In this document: piece by piece, positions 7,311-17,116 of the stretch
How positions within the stretch are numbered: the stretch's first letter is position 1
Layout: each line of letters opens with the position of its first letter
Origin: a virus
Lineage: Duplodnaviria; Caudoviricetes
IMG/VR virus record: IMGVR_UViG_3300033076_001357
Location: 21,120-85,119 of that record
Direction: 5' to 3' (one strand)
Length of the DNA stretch: 64,000 bases
Position numbers and translations under genes: made by a program
Notes under the pieces: model-generated
Seen by the model: only the letters and a program-made list of their open reading frames with translations
The model's database searches: none
What the model was told of the DNA's origin: nothing

Positions 7311-8297
7311 TCAGTGCCGGGAGAAGTCCTGTTGGAAGCCGGTGTCCAACAGGAACCGGCGCTCTCGTTCCTCGCCGACTTTTCGTCCGGTAAGGCAGGC
7401 TTCGGTGAACGCGCACATCCACCGGCACCGATCGGTGTCCGGATGACGCTGATGATGGTTCGACCTGGAGTACATGGCGCGCGCGGTGGCCAGAGCCTCC
7501 TGAGCGACCGTGTCCAGTTCGCGGTCGGTGCGGTTCAGGTAGGTGCGGGCGAACCTGGCTTCAAGTTCCTGGGGCTTGGGCTGGACGCCGGGTTTGCCGC
7601 CTGCCGACTTGACCTGGTGCCACTCGGCCACCACCTCGGGATAGTCTCCCTTGTTGCGGGTGGTCCTAACCGCGTTGTGGATAGCGGCGAATACCGGGCC
7701 GCCCAGCTGCCGCATAGCCCACAGGTACAGAGCGAACTGATCGTCCAGGTCCAGCTCACGGTCCTTGGGTAGGTTGGCGCAGGTCTTGTGGTCGATGAGC
7801 ATCAGGCGATGGTTGGACCGGTTGCGGACGATCAGGTCAATGCCGCCCTTCAGAACGAACCCGGACAGGCGGCCGGTGGCCGTGCGCAGCGGTACCTGGA
7901 ACCTTCGTTCGACATCCACCACTTCCCAGGCAGGGTCGCCCTGCCAGTGGTCGTGGTACCCGGTCAGCATCCACTCGATCAGGCCGAGTATGTCCGGGTC
8001 GATTCCCAGCTGCCGGTAGTCCCGGATCTCGCGCCTGGCGTCCTCAAGGGCCACAGCGCCGCTGGCACCCTGCATGATAGACCGGTAGTAGACTTCGATG
8101 GTCTTGTGAAACAGGGTGCCCTTGCCCAGGGCCGAGTTGTGAGGGGTGGGCTTGACCCACCGCTCCTTATAGGTCAGCAGGTGAGCGTGTGGGCACTGGC
8201 GGAACTTACTGATCTCCGACCAGCTGATGACGATGGGGGGCACTAGCTTCCCAACGTAGGAGGGTGAGAGGTCAGCCAGGGGCCGCCTCTCTTTCAC
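7311..8297 (-). CDS. PD-(D/E)XK Cas4/RecB-like exonuclease
   Basis: SEISKFRQCP...GTLFH...VERRF...GGIDL...IDHKT...QFALY...CRWMCAFTEAC (putative Fe-S cysteines). Confidence 0.8.
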   Translation of the reverse strand: MKERRPLADLSPSYVGKLVPPIVISWSEISKFRQCPHAHLLTYKERWVKPTPHNSALGKGTLFHKTIEVYYRSIMQGASGAVALEDARREIRDYRQLGIDPDILGLIEWMLTGYHDHWQGDPAWEVVDVERRFQVPLRTATGRLSGFVLKGGIDLIVRNRSNHRLMLIDHKTCANLPKDRELDLDDQFALYLWAMRQLGGPVFAAIHNAVRTTRNKGDYPEVVAEWHQVKSAGGKPGVQPKPQELEARFARTYLNRTDRELDTVAQEALATARAMYSRSNHHQRHPDTDRCRWMCAFTEACLTGRKVGEERERRFLLDTGFQQDFSRH

Positions 8298-8322
8298 CTC
8301 CTATTTTACCACACTTTTGCGC

Positions 8323-8757
8323 CTAGGACAAGATACCTGCGGCGCGCATCCGGGACTCCATCTTGTTTTTGAGGCTGGGCATGGCGGACAGTCGATCCAG
8401 CGCCTCAGCGATCGTGAGGGTCTTGTCCCTAACCCCGGCCGCGATCTGGCTGAGCAGCTTGGCGTCGTGCCCGGGAAGGAAGTTACTGCGGACCGTGGCC
8501 CCACACCCACACCCACACGTGCGCGGGCCGCTGCTGGCGCTGGCCGGGGCCGGGGCCGGGGCCGGGGAGACGGAGGGGGCGTTGACCGCGTCGGCGTGGG
8601 CCTGGACGTCCTTGTAGGCCGATGACGGATTGGACGCCGCGCGCCCCCGGTGGCCGCACCGGCACACGGACTGGAACTGGTTGCCGAGCGTCTGCTCGGG
8701 CGGACCCGGGACGTGCTCCAGGTGGGACAGGCTTCCGACTCCGATGAGGTAGCTCAC
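8323..8757 (-). CDS. Hypothetical protein with a CxCGCG...FxPGHDAK motif
   Basis: CGCGCGATVRSNFLPGHDAKL; promoter at 8811-8840. Confidence 0.7.
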   Translation of the reverse strand: MSYLIGVGSLSHLEHVPGPPEQTLGNQFQSVCRCGHRGRAASNPSSAYKDVQAHADAVNAPSVSPAPAPAPASASSGPRTCGCGCGATVRSNFLPGHDAKLLSQIAAGVRDKTLTIAEALDRLSAMPSLKNKMESRMRAAGILS

Positions 8758-8828
8758 GTAACAGTCCTTTCGTGTCCGGGGCGGCGGGTCCGCCCCGGCG
8801 GCGTACTACTATTGTACCAGTACAGTTG

Positions 8829-9404
8829 CTACTGGGACAAGCGCCGCCGACGTCCCGGCTGGTACTTCTTTCCCGTCAGGTTGGACCACCGCTTACCGGT
8901 CCAGATGTTGGCCACAGCGCTCTGGCTGACGCCGAACATGTCGGCGAGCTGATAAGAGTCTATGCGGTGCCGGTGGTCGTATATGAACAGCACCTCTGTA
9001 GGGGTCAGCTTCGTGCGTACGGTCGACCATATCTGGGTGCGATGAATAGGGCTGACGCACAGCCCCTGGCCACAGCTGGGAACTGTGACGGCACGCTTGC
9101 CGCTGGGAACAAACTCCGGGAACCATTCCTCCATCATCCACCAGTAAGCGGACCGGGTAGCCACCCGGTGGCTTCCTATGGTCAGGTGATATATGGGGTA
9201 CGGAAGAGGCCGACCTTCTTTCTCCTTGAATGGACCGGTCCACAGCCAGCACCCGCCCGGGTACCTGTCGACCCAGCCTGCCCACTTGGCACGGCGGAGA
9301 CACCGACGCTTGAATGTGTCCTGGTGCTGGTACATACGGCGGGCCGGTGGCTGAGCGATCGTCGCCCAGGCCACCGGCTCCTCCAGGTCGAACTTCTTAA
9401 GCAC
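8829..9404 (-). CDS. HNH-fold protein (catalytic residues apparently degenerate) with C-terminal HTH
   Basis: CWLWTG...RSAYW...VPSCGQGLCVSPIH, followed by SYQLADMFGVSQSAVANIWTGKRW. Confidence 0.7.
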   Translation of the reverse strand: MLKKFDLEEPVAWATIAQPPARRMYQHQDTFKRRCLRRAKWAGWVDRYPGGCWLWTGPFKEKEGRPLPYPIYHLTIGSHRVATRSAYWWMMEEWFPEFVPSGKRAVTVPSCGQGLCVSPIHRTQIWSTVRTKLTPTEVLFIYDHRHRIDSYQLADMFGVSQSAVANIWTGKRWSNLTGKKYQPGRRRRLSQ

Positions 9405-10316
9405 TTAGGCCCCAAACATCTTACCGAAACATACGTCCCCCGCCGACCGGTCCTTGCTGTCTTCCTTGGTGAGAGTGATACCGCAGCGCACGCAGGCCCC
9501 GTACAGCTTGCCGAACTGTTTCGCCTGCTCCTTGGTGATCATCATCTCGGGGGTGAGGGTACGGATCGCTCCGTCCTCCTTGAGGAAGGTGTGGATCCGA
9601 ACGCTGCCGTTTCGCAGCACGCGGGGTTCATCCAGGATGGTCAGCTTCTTGGCGTACTGTCGGCCGGACCCGTGCACCGCGTGGATCACCATGTAGATGT
9701 TGCCGTCGGGCCGCATGTAGATGCCGTCCTTCAGCGTAGAGCCACCGACGCCGGTGCCGTTGCGGGCGCCCTTGAGCTTGTCGATCAGCTTGCTGGCCGC
9801 CGCGTAGGACAACGTGTCGAGCTTGCTGGGGGTGAGGTTCATCTCGGCGGCCAGCGCGCTGATCAGCTCCAACTGGCGGGGGCTGGCGGGCTGCTGGTCA
9901 TCGGGAAGCCGGGGCAGCGCCATCATTCGGGTGATCAGCGCGCTGGCGTTCCCGAACCCGATAAGACCCCCGCCGACGACCTGGCTCAGGTGACCGGCCA
10001 GCTGGGAGCTGAGGCTGGTGACGTCCCGCTCCCTGGCCAGCCGCCGGATCAGGCCGATCTGGGGCTCAGTGGCCGAGCTGTCGGTGCGAACCGCCGACGA
10101 CCTCGGCTCCCTGACGGTGAAAGAGGGGGACGGCTCTTCGGCGGCGACAGAAGGAACGACCCTGCCGATGAGGGTCACCAGCTGCTTGGTGAGACCGATA
10201 CGGAGCCCGCAGGGGCGGTCTTTGGTGCAGCATTCCCGGTCGTGCACCTTGAGAGCGTCCGTGATGACGTCGCGCTTGTAGCTGTTGTGCTGGTACTCCG
10301 GCGGTATGGTGGCCAT
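9405..10316 (-). CDS. Hypothetical protein with a C-terminal CxxC...C zinc-binding domain (DUF6011-like)
   Basis: YGACVRCGITLT...AGDVC; promoter at 10357-10386. Confidence 0.65.
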   Translation of the reverse strand: MATIPPEYQHNSYKRDVITDALKVHDRECCTKDRPCGLRIGLTKQLVTLIGRVVPSVAAEEPSPSFTVREPRSSAVRTDSSATEPQIGLIRRLARERDVTSLSSQLAGHLSQVVGGGLIGFGNASALITRMMALPRLPDDQQPASPRQLELISALAAEMNLTPSKLDTLSYAAASKLIDKLKGARNGTGVGGSTLKDGIYMRPDGNIYMVIHAVHGSGRQYAKKLTILDEPRVLRNGSVRIHTFLKEDGAIRTLTPEMMITKEQAKQFGKLYGACVRCGITLTKEDSKDRSAGDVCFGKMFGA

Positions 10317-10374
10317 CGCCTGGCGTCCCCTCTCTATCCTGTGTTGTATACAACCCAGTATACCAGAGCGGTTG

Positions 10375-10617
10375 CTACCCAGGCAAGTGGCCGTCGGAGG
10401 CGCCGGTGGCGTCCTCTATTACGCGCCTGAGGAGAGTGATGGCCTGATCTATCGGCCCCTGGGACCAGGTCTTGAGGCGGCTGTCGACGGTGCTCTTGTT
10501 CTCAAGCCCCAGCGATATGACGTTGAGGTCCGAAGAAGCCCTCAGCAGCAGCTCCAGCACTACTTCCAGGTCGGTGCGGATAGGAAGAGACGCCACTAAC
10601 TTTCTCCAGTCAGTCAT
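10375..10617 (-). CDS. Hypothetical protein
   Basis: ORF track; consistent operon direction. Confidence 0.5.
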   Translation of the reverse strand: MTDWRKLVASLPIRTDLEVVLELLLRASSDLNVISLGLENKSTVDSRLKTWSQGPIDQAITLLRRVIEDATGASDGHLPG

Positions 10618-10621
10618 GCGA

Positions 10622-10690
10622 ACGGCCCCTCTCGAACAGGGAGAGGGGCCGTCGGGGGGGGGGGGGGGGGGCGGGGGGGGGGGGGGGGGG
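10622..10690. other. 12-bp hairpin followed by a 37-nt poly-G tract
   Basis: ACGGCCCCTCTC/GAGAGGGGCCGT; G-run at 10654-10690 with one C at 10672. Confidence 0.8.
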
Positions 10691-10691
10691 C

Positions 10692-11018
10692 TCAGGCGGT
10701 GATGTAGTCGGACGGGCGGTGGTACCGGTCGGTCAGAACCTGGAACCGGCCGGAGGCGTCCTTGAACTCCTCCGAGTCGTCCCTGCCGGTGAACTTCCAG
10801 GTCCGGTACGGCTTGCTAGGGTTGGACGGGTGGTACAGTCTGACGGTGCCCTCGCCGTGTACATACCCGGTCTCCAGCTCCACGCCGGACTGATGGCGCC
10901 AGCGACCCGCGTGGACCGAGGCGAACTCGGGAAGCCGTAGAGCTGACCGGAACGCAGCCATGATGGCCTGGACGTTCCGGATTCGCCACTCGGCCTCAGG
11001 CAGCTTCCTGGTTGTCAC
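10692..11018 (-). CDS. Hypothetical protein
   Basis: AGGAGA RBS before GTG at 11018. Confidence 0.55.
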   Translation of the reverse strand: MTTRKLPEAEWRIRNVQAIMAAFRSALRLPEFASVHAGRWRHQSGVELETGYVHGEGTVRLYHPSNPSKPYRTWKFTGRDDSEEFKDASGRFQVLTDRYHRPSDYITA

Positions 11019-11274
11019 TGGCGGTCTCCTTGTCGGGGCTGAACACTTCCCGTCGGAGGTACTCACCGAACAGCTGGTGGGCGTCGGTCGGGGAAGTGTA
11101 GATGGTCAGGGCCTCGGCGGCGTCCAACCGGTAGGCCTCGATGATGCGACCGAGCAGCGCCCGGCCGGGCAGTCGCTCTCCCGACTTCAGCCGGGACGCG
11201 GTGGTGAAGTGGCAGCCGACCCTCGCCGCAAATGCGTCGAGAGTAACCGCCGCGCTTGCGGTTTGGTTCGTCAT
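10996..11274 (-). CDS. XRE-family HTH regulator
   Basis: TLDAFAARVGCHFTTASRLKSGERLPG; promoter at 11282-11311. Confidence 0.8.
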   Translation of the reverse strand: MTNQTASAAVTLDAFAARVGCHFTTASRLKSGERLPGRALLGRIIEAYRLDAAEALTIYTSPTDAHQLFGEYLRREVFSPDKETASDNQEAA

Positions 11275-11364
11275 GGTCACAAGTATACCACGGAGCTTGT
11301 CTCTGGCGCTAGTATAGCGGTGTGACGCCTGGGGCGTGTGAGACCAGGCCCCAGGCGTCACGGA

Positions 11365-11871
11365 TCAGTTGTGACGAACCAGCCAGTTGTGCAGATCGGC
11401 GGGGGTGACGTACCGATCCGGCTCGGACGACAAAGAGACGCCCGCCGCGTTGTACGTCTCCGCCACCAGCTGAGAGCAAATAACCGCCTGCCGGTGACGG
11501 TTCTCCAGTCCGAGCAGACGTCGAAGGAACGGAATGTGGTACGCGGCGATGTCCGGGTAGTCCCAGTAGTCGTAGGGGCGGCCCTTCATGGCCCAGGCGG
11601 CGGCCACGATCGTGACCCGCTGGCCCCGAGACAGACGGACGGACCCGGTGGACCACATCAGGTTTCTACCGTGGTACTCGCTCAGCGGTTTGACGCGCAC
11701 GCCCCCGGGCTCAGCTTCCACCAGCTGGCCGTCGCCCAGGTATACGAACGCGTGCTCGTAGTCAGCCAGCGTGTGGCTGACCAGCCCCTGGCCCAGCCGG
11801 ATCAGCAGACCCGTGGGGCCACTGACCCTCACCAGAGCAAAGTCCCCCGGAAGGGGCTCGACGACGGCCAC
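11365..11871 (-). CDS. Permuted papain-like NlpC/P60 hydrolase (YiiX/YaeF-like)
   Basis: GDFALV...HAFVYLG...LVEA...GRPYD...CSQLVAETY (His precedes Cys). Confidence 0.8.
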   Translation of the reverse strand: MAVVEPLPGDFALVRVSGPTGLLIRLGQGLVSHTLADYEHAFVYLGDGQLVEAEPGGVRVKPLSEYHGRNLMWSTGSVRLSRGQRVTIVAAAWAMKGRPYDYWDYPDIAAYHIPFLRRLLGLENRHRQAVICSQLVAETYNAAGVSLSSEPDRYVTPADLHNWLVRHN

Positions 11872-11877
11872 GCCGGG

Positions 11878-12795
11878 TCAGGCCTTCGGGGGTGCGGAGA
11901 CGACGTCCACCGACACCTTCACCACCGAGTCCTTGACGGCGGCCTCGACGGCAGCCACCAGCTGGCTCTTGACGCCGGGGCTCAGGGTGTTCAACGACGC
12001 CGACAGCTTCGGCATCAGCTGGTCCCAGGCGCTGGGACTCTTGGGGTCGGCCTTGTAGTCGCCAGCCAGGGCGTGCTGTAGCCACTGGCACAGGGCCAGG
12101 GCGGTGGAGTCGCGGACGTGAGCGGAGGTGACCGCGTTGACTACCTCCTCGTTGACGAACTTCCTGATCTGAGCTTCGGTGAACGGCAACGAATCCTCCT
12201 CGGTTGGGGGGCTGAACGACAGGGCCCATGACTGTAGCGTGCTGCGACTTGTCAAGCCGCAGTAGTCGAGATCCAGGCCACGACTCTCGCCGTACTGGTG
12301 AAACATCCAGTGCGCCGTGATGCGGGGGTGCCCGATGGGCGCCCCGGGGTCGGCGATCCATAGGAAATCGCCGAAGTAGCTGGTGGTGTCGACGTTCTTC
12401 CAGTACTCGACGTTGCAGTACATGCCGACCGGGTTGTGCGGCATGCGGGACTTGATGTGCTTGAGCCAGGCGTCCTTGTACGCCGCCTGAGTCGACTTGG
12501 ACACGGACTGGTTGGCCGCGTCGTAGCCTTCCCAGTCGAGACAGATGAGGTCTCCCGGTTTCCAGTCCACCTTGCTCAGGAACCGGTCACCCTCGGCCGT
12601 CGGGCTGTTGCTCATGACGGGGTAGTGGTAACCGCCCCACACGAGTCCGGCCTTCTTGGCGTCGTCTCGCTGGCTCACCCACTTGGGGTTGGTGTAGCCG
12701 AGGCCTTCGGTGATCTTGGTGAAGGCAAAGCTAAGTCCAGCAGTGGACGGCGAGCTGTCCTGGTAGCTGGACCAGTCTTGTCCGTAGATTCCCAC
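11878..12795 (-). CDS. Endolysin, GH25 muramidase
   Basis: GQDWSSYQ...FAFTKITEG...GGYHY...LDWE...HQY. Confidence 0.88.
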   Translation of the reverse strand: MGIYGQDWSSYQDSSPSTAGLSFAFTKITEGLGYTNPKWVSQRDDAKKAGLVWGGYHYPVMSNSPTAEGDRFLSKVDWKPGDLICLDWEGYDAANQSVSKSTQAAYKDAWLKHIKSRMPHNPVGMYCNVEYWKNVDTTSYFGDFLWIADPGAPIGHPRITAHWMFHQYGESRGLDLDYCGLTSRSTLQSWALSFSPPTEEDSLPFTEAQIRKFVNEEVVNAVTSAHVRDSTALALCQWLQHALAGDYKADPKSPSAWDQLMPKLSASLNTLSPGVKSQLVAAVEAAVKDSVVKVSVDVVSAPPKA

Positions 12796-12798
12796 AGG

Positions 12799-13272
12799 CT
12801 ACTTCTCCTCAGGGTCGGTCCTCAGGGCGGCGAACTGGGCGGCGGAAAGGAACTCGGCGGGGGTAGCCAGCCCCTCCCGGTGGAACCGCACGTTCTGCCA
12901 CAGAGGCTCCGGTAGAACGTGGATGCCGTACCGGGTCCGGTGGTGGTTGGAGCACAGCACCTCAAGGTTTCCTGGTTGCTCCACCCACTGCTGGAAGTCC
13001 TCGTCGCTGTCGAAGTGCAAGCCGTAGGCCTTTTCCACCTTGTGGGGGTCGACCTGGCCGATGGCGGAGAACTCGATGTGGCTGTGGTGCAGCTCGGGCT
13101 GGCCGCCACACAGCTCGTCGTTGATGATGCACTTCCACAGGCCCTGGGACTTCAGCCTGCGCTTGGCCTCCTCGAACAGGTGGTAGTGAGGGTCGGTTTC
13201 ACGAGGCTCGTGAGCTTCGACGTGCTGCACCAGATGCAGGGTCATCATCTGGTCGTGTGCGTTGACGGTCAT
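12799..13272 (-). CDS. HNH-like protein
   Basis: C...C...ELHH...NLEVLCSNHHR. Confidence 0.55.
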   Translation of the reverse strand: MTVNAHDQMMTLHLVQHVEAHEPRETDPHYHLFEEAKRRLKSQGLWKCIINDELCGGQPELHHSHIEFSAIGQVDPHKVEKAYGLHFDSDEDFQQWVEQPGNLEVLCSNHHRTRYGIHVLPEPLWQNVRFHREGLATPAEFLSAAQFAALRTDPEEK

Positions 13273-13298
13273 CGCGGCTCCCAGCTAACGGGCGCGGT

Positions 13299-13553
13299 TC
13301 ATTTATTGTCTAGGTTACCACAGGTGAAAACCGAAGAATAGGAGGCGGTGCGGCTGTACCCGGTAAGCCGCAGACGGTTCAGTTCCTCGGTAAGACTGCG
13401 GATAGTTTGCTGATCAGTCGTCCTACTGCGCTCCAGGTGCGCGTTGCTGGTAGACAGCAGATTTACTGACCAGCCCACAAACATCAGCGCTGACAGCATG
13501 GCCGTGGCGGCCAGGGTGGTGATCAGACACACCACCCGGTCTCTGGTAACCAT
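13299..13553 (-). CDS. Small membrane protein (N-terminal TM plus coiled coil), lysis cassette
   Basis: Hydrophobic N-terminus; position upstream of the lysin. Confidence 0.55.
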   Translation of the reverse strand: MVTRDRVVCLITTLAATAMLSALMFVGWSVNLLSTSNAHLERSRTTDQQTIRSLTEELNRLRLTGYSRTASYSSVFTCGNLDNK

Positions 13554-13555
13554 TA

Positions 13556-13864
13556 TTATTTGGCCCCCTGAGCGGCGCTGTACGCCTGAATCACCAGACC
13601 GATTATGCCGATGGTTACGGTCACCACGGCCAGTATCTGGCTTTTGGTGACTCCAGGCTTGGCTTCCAAGACGCCGACGCGCGAACGGACGTTTTCCAGG
13701 TCCTCGTCTCGGTTGTGCTCTATCTGGTCGTGCACGTCCACATGGACCGAAGAAGCGGCCACTTGGTCTATTCTGGCGTGCAGCAGCTTGTGTTCGTTGT
13801 CAGACCTCTTTTCGTGGTCTCGTAGTCTTCGGTCCAGCTCCCCCACGGTAACGTCATTCGACAC
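13556..13864 (-). CDS. Holin-like/lysis accessory protein (coiled coil plus C-terminal TM)
   Basis: ILAVVTVTIGIIGLVIQAY; position between tail genes and lysin. Confidence 0.55.
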   Translation of the reverse strand: MSNDVTVGELDRRLRDHEKRSDNEHKLLHARIDQVAASSVHVDVHDQIEHNRDEDLENVRSRVGVLEAKPGVTKSQILAVVTVTIGIIGLVIQAYSAAQGAK

Positions 13865-13898
13865 AGGCCCTCCTGTTCATCGCAGGTCCGCAGCTGAA

Positions 13899-16331
13899 TC
13901 ACAGCAGCTGAGGTATCAGTGACGGTAGGTGACGATTGACGTAACTGACAGTGCTGACAGCTGCGGTGCAACGGGTCAACTCTGGGGACAGGTTGAGCCG
14001 TATGTCAGACAAGTAAAGCAGGTTAGCTGCGCTAGGTGTTCCCCCCAAGGTGGGCACCACCGTGGCCCGGGACGCTCCCGACGGTACGGCGAACCAGTTG
14101 CCGACAAAGGTCCACGTAGTGGCTGGTAGGGATACGATAGTGTTAGAGGTAGAAAGGTAAACGCTGGCGCTGTCGTACCAGTTGGTGGACAGCGAGAAGC
14201 TGGAGGTTCCCAGAGCCGAGTACAGCCACCCGCTGACGTAAACGTAGTTAGGGGCCCCGCTGCTGGCCAGGTTTATCGGGATGTTTTCCTTTTCGGACTC
14301 TACGTATACTGTGGCCGAGGTGCCGTTAGGGGTAATAAGCCCGGAAAACAGGTACCCACCATGGACGTGGGCGCTGGATTGAGTAAAGGTGCAGTTGACC
14401 GGCGTCCAGTTACTCACCCCGCTAGCAAACGTGGGATTGACGTTCAGAGCCGAGGTAGAATGTACGGTGGTGTCGGACATCAGCAGCGGCAGGTTGGCAT
14501 AACTGTACCCGATGTAGCTCCACCTGGAGGCCAGGTTGGCAAACGCTCCGCTGCCCGAGTTTCCGGCGTCAGGGTCCGCCCAGATGTGATACACGTTAGA
14601 GTCATTGATGAAGTTACCGGCCGTGTCGGTTGTAACAACGTTGGCCTGGTTGTCGTACACCACTACTGGCACCGAGTATCCGGCCCTCAGGGTGGACCAC
14701 GAAGTTCCGTGTCGGGAAGCCACCAAGGCGTCCGAGCTGTACGATCCGTTGGCTATGGGGATGCTGACGTAGTCGTTCTCGGTTACCTGGTTGACCTGAG
14801 TGAACACTATGTGGTACACCGCGCCGTTGGTCAGGCCGGTGGCCACCAGCGGGATGGAGATCGCCGGTACCGGAGTGAAGGTAACCTGTTGGTACTGGAT
14901 GTCGGTGCTGTCGCCGTTGACGGGCATGATGGCCACCACGTCCCATGACCCGTCACCGTTGTCGAACGCGCCCGAAGGTCCCACCAGGTCGTTGGGGCCA
15001 CTGACCGAGCTGGTGATGGTCCACTTGTTGGTGACCCAGTGATGATTGAACCCGTAGCTGTTTCCCGACTGTATTAGCGTCTCGTTGACCGGGGAGACGG
15101 TGCCTACTACCGTGTTGTACCCGCCGATGATGCAGGTGGCTGTACCGCCCAAGCTGACTGCGTTGGCAGTGATGTCGTACGCGTCGACGCCCGTGGGTAG
15201 CGGAGACCCTACCTGCCAGGACCCGGTAAGGGTGCCGTCGGCGTTGATGGGAGTATAGTAAACGGCGGTGCTGCTGGTGCCCGTGCCAGCCAGAGCCGGG
15301 ATGCCGCCCGACACCACCAGCCAGCTGTCCACCACCGTGACGAAAGCTCCGGTCAGCTTTTGCTGTAGCGCGGGACCGGTTACCCAGCTGCCGATGTGGC
15401 CGTTGGATATGGTGGCGTAGTACACTGTATTGGCGGGGGTAGGTCCGGTGACGTCCCCGCCGACTACGTATACCGTGTTGTTGTAGCTGGCGCCACCGGC
15501 GTGAGCCACGGCGGTAGGTAGCGAGGACGCGGCTGACCACTGCCCGATTATGCCCTGGTTGGAATCCCAGCTGGCCACAAACACGTTGTTGACGTGTGTG
15601 TAAACTCCCCCGGACAGCGTCTGTCCGCCAGCGAATACTATGGTGTCGCTGGTGGTTATCACGGTGGCGTTGCTGGCGCCGACAGGTAGGGACGGCTGGA
15701 AGGTGGCCTGACTCAGCGCCCCTCCGCCAAGGTACTCGTAGGTGAACACCTTGTTGGTGCTGGACACACCATTGTCACCGCCAGCGCCGATGATGTAGTC
15801 ACCGCTGTAAGTGAAGCACCCGGAGGACAGGGCGGTCATAATGATGCTGTCGCCGACGGGGGGCGCGATGGTGCTGGTTACGGTACCGCCGCTGAGATAG
15901 TAGGTGTTGTTCTGGGGAAGCGCACCTGGCCCCGCGTCGGTCAGCCCGGTCGGGGCGGCCAGTGTATTGATTATGCCCGCTGGCACCAAGGTCTGAGCCA
16001 AGGCGCCAGCGGCTATGTTGGGCGATCCTGCCGAGTTACTGTACAAGCTGACCAGAACGTCGCCACCGTTTCCTACCGGCAACAATGGGACCAGTACCCG
16101 GCCCATCACAGTGCCAGACATGGTTATTGGCTGGCTGACGTCCTGAAGGGTGCTGGGGTTGTACCACACCAGGTTGTCCCCGCTGAGAGGAGACAGCTTG
16201 CGGGCGCCGTTGTATCCTATCCGTAGGTTGTGTGTCCCCACGAATTGTGATATGTGCGCCGCGTGGTTCACCGCAGACAGGTCTACAGGCAAACCGTTGC
16301 TGACTGCGGAGTAATTCGGTGTGGTGGCCAC
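13899..16331 (-). CDS. Tail fibre/receptor-binding protein with Kelch-like repeats and a C-terminal CBM-like domain
   Basis: Repeated VYVVGG/IIGG...LP blades; NPTFASGVSNWTPVN C-terminal domain. Confidence 0.7.
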   Translation of the reverse strand: MATTPNYSAVSNGLPVDLSAVNHAAHISQFVGTHNLRIGYNGARKLSPLSGDNLVWYNPSTLQDVSQPITMSGTVMGRVLVPLLPVGNGGDVLVSLYSNSAGSPNIAAGALAQTLVPAGIINTLAAPTGLTDAGPGALPQNNTYYLSGGTVTSTIAPPVGDSIIMTALSSGCFTYSGDYIIGAGGDNGVSSTNKVFTYEYLGGGALSQATFQPSLPVGASNATVITTSDTIVFAGGQTLSGGVYTHVNNVFVASWDSNQGIIGQWSAASSLPTAVAHAGGASYNNTVYVVGGDVTGPTPANTVYYATISNGHIGSWVTGPALQQKLTGAFVTVVDSWLVVSGGIPALAGTGTSSTAVYYTPINADGTLTGSWQVGSPLPTGVDAYDITANAVSLGGTATCIIGGYNTVVGTVSPVNETLIQSGNSYGFNHHWVTNKWTITSSVSGPNDLVGPSGAFDNGDGSWDVVAIMPVNGDSTDIQYQQVTFTPVPAISIPLVATGLTNGAVYHIVFTQVNQVTENDYVSIPIANGSYSSDALVASRHGTSWSTLRAGYSVPVVVYDNQANVVTTDTAGNFINDSNVYHIWADPDAGNSGSGAFANLASRWSYIGYSYANLPLLMSDTTVHSTSALNVNPTFASGVSNWTPVNCTFTQSSAHVHGGYLFSGLITPNGTSATVYVESEKENIPINLASSGAPNYVYVSGWLYSALGTSSFSLSTNWYDSASVYLSTSNTIVSLPATTWTFVGNWFAVPSGASRATVVPTLGGTPSAANLLYLSDIRLNLSPELTRCTAAVSTVSYVNRHLPSLIPQLL

Positions 16332-16342
16332 AGTTAACTACC

Positions 16343-16585
16343 TTACAGGAACACGGTGGGGTTCAGGTTGGGGGACCCGCTGGAGCTGGTGTTGACGTCG
16401 GTGACCTTGCTGATGGTGATGTTCAGGAAGATGCCGGTAGGCCAGGCGACGTTCTGCAGCCGGGTGACCACGTCCAGGGCCATGGCGTCGGTCACGCCGT
16501 CGCTGGCGTTCAGGGTTATGTTACCCCCGGAGTTACCGATGCCGATGCCGATCAGGTACTGCGTGACGGTGTTGGTGCTGCTCAT
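16343..16585 (-). CDS. Small tail-associated protein
   Basis: ORF track; operon context. Confidence 0.5.
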   Translation of the reverse strand: MSSTNTVTQYLIGIGIGNSGGNITLNASDGVTDAMALDVVTRLQNVAWPTGIFLNITISKVTDVNTSSSGSPNLNPTVFL

Positions 16586-16606
16586 TGAGGAACTCCGTTC
16601 TCGACG

Positions 16607-17113
16607 TTACGGGTGATCCCACCTGATCCACAGCATGGTTACGATGTCCGCGCCGATGTAGGTAGTGAGGGTGGACCCAGAGTTCTGAAGCCCCTGTAGC
16701 TCCAGGTAGTCTCCTACCACTAGACCGGTAAGGTTTCGGGTGGGGAGGGTGATTCCGGTGCTGATGGCGGTGGACGTGGGGGTGGCCATCATCGAGGCTA
16801 GCCCCGGTATAGCGCTTCCGTTTTTTGCCAAGCGTGCTCCCCGCAGGCCCGTGGTGTTGGCCTGGAAGGTAACGCTGCCGCCGATGGTGTACGTGCCTGC
16901 CACCTGGATCGTATAGCGGGTGTTGTTCACGGAGGTAGAGTGACCACTGTAGTTGTCCACCAGGATGCCCGCGCTGTCGGCAAAGTTCAGAGACAACCAG
17001 GAGGTGCCGGAGGTCATCGAGGTGCTGGTGGCGGTCTGGATGGCCAGGAACTCCGGGGGGTTGTTCCTGAACTGAATGGAGGCAAGGTTCAGAACTTCGA
17101 GAGTGGACGCCAT
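16607..17113 (-). CDS. Minor tail protein, C1q/TNF-like beta-sandwich
   Basis: RYTIQVAGTYTIGGSV...GDYLELQ. Confidence 0.65.
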   Translation of the reverse strand: MASTLEVLNLASIQFRNNPPEFLAIQTATSTSMTSGTSWLSLNFADSAGILVDNYSGHSTSVNNTRYTIQVAGTYTIGGSVTFQANTTGLRGARLAKNGSAIPGLASMMATPTSTAISTGITLPTRNLTGLVVGDYLELQGLQNSGSTLTTYIGADIVTMLWIRWDHP

Positions 17114-17116
17114 TGG

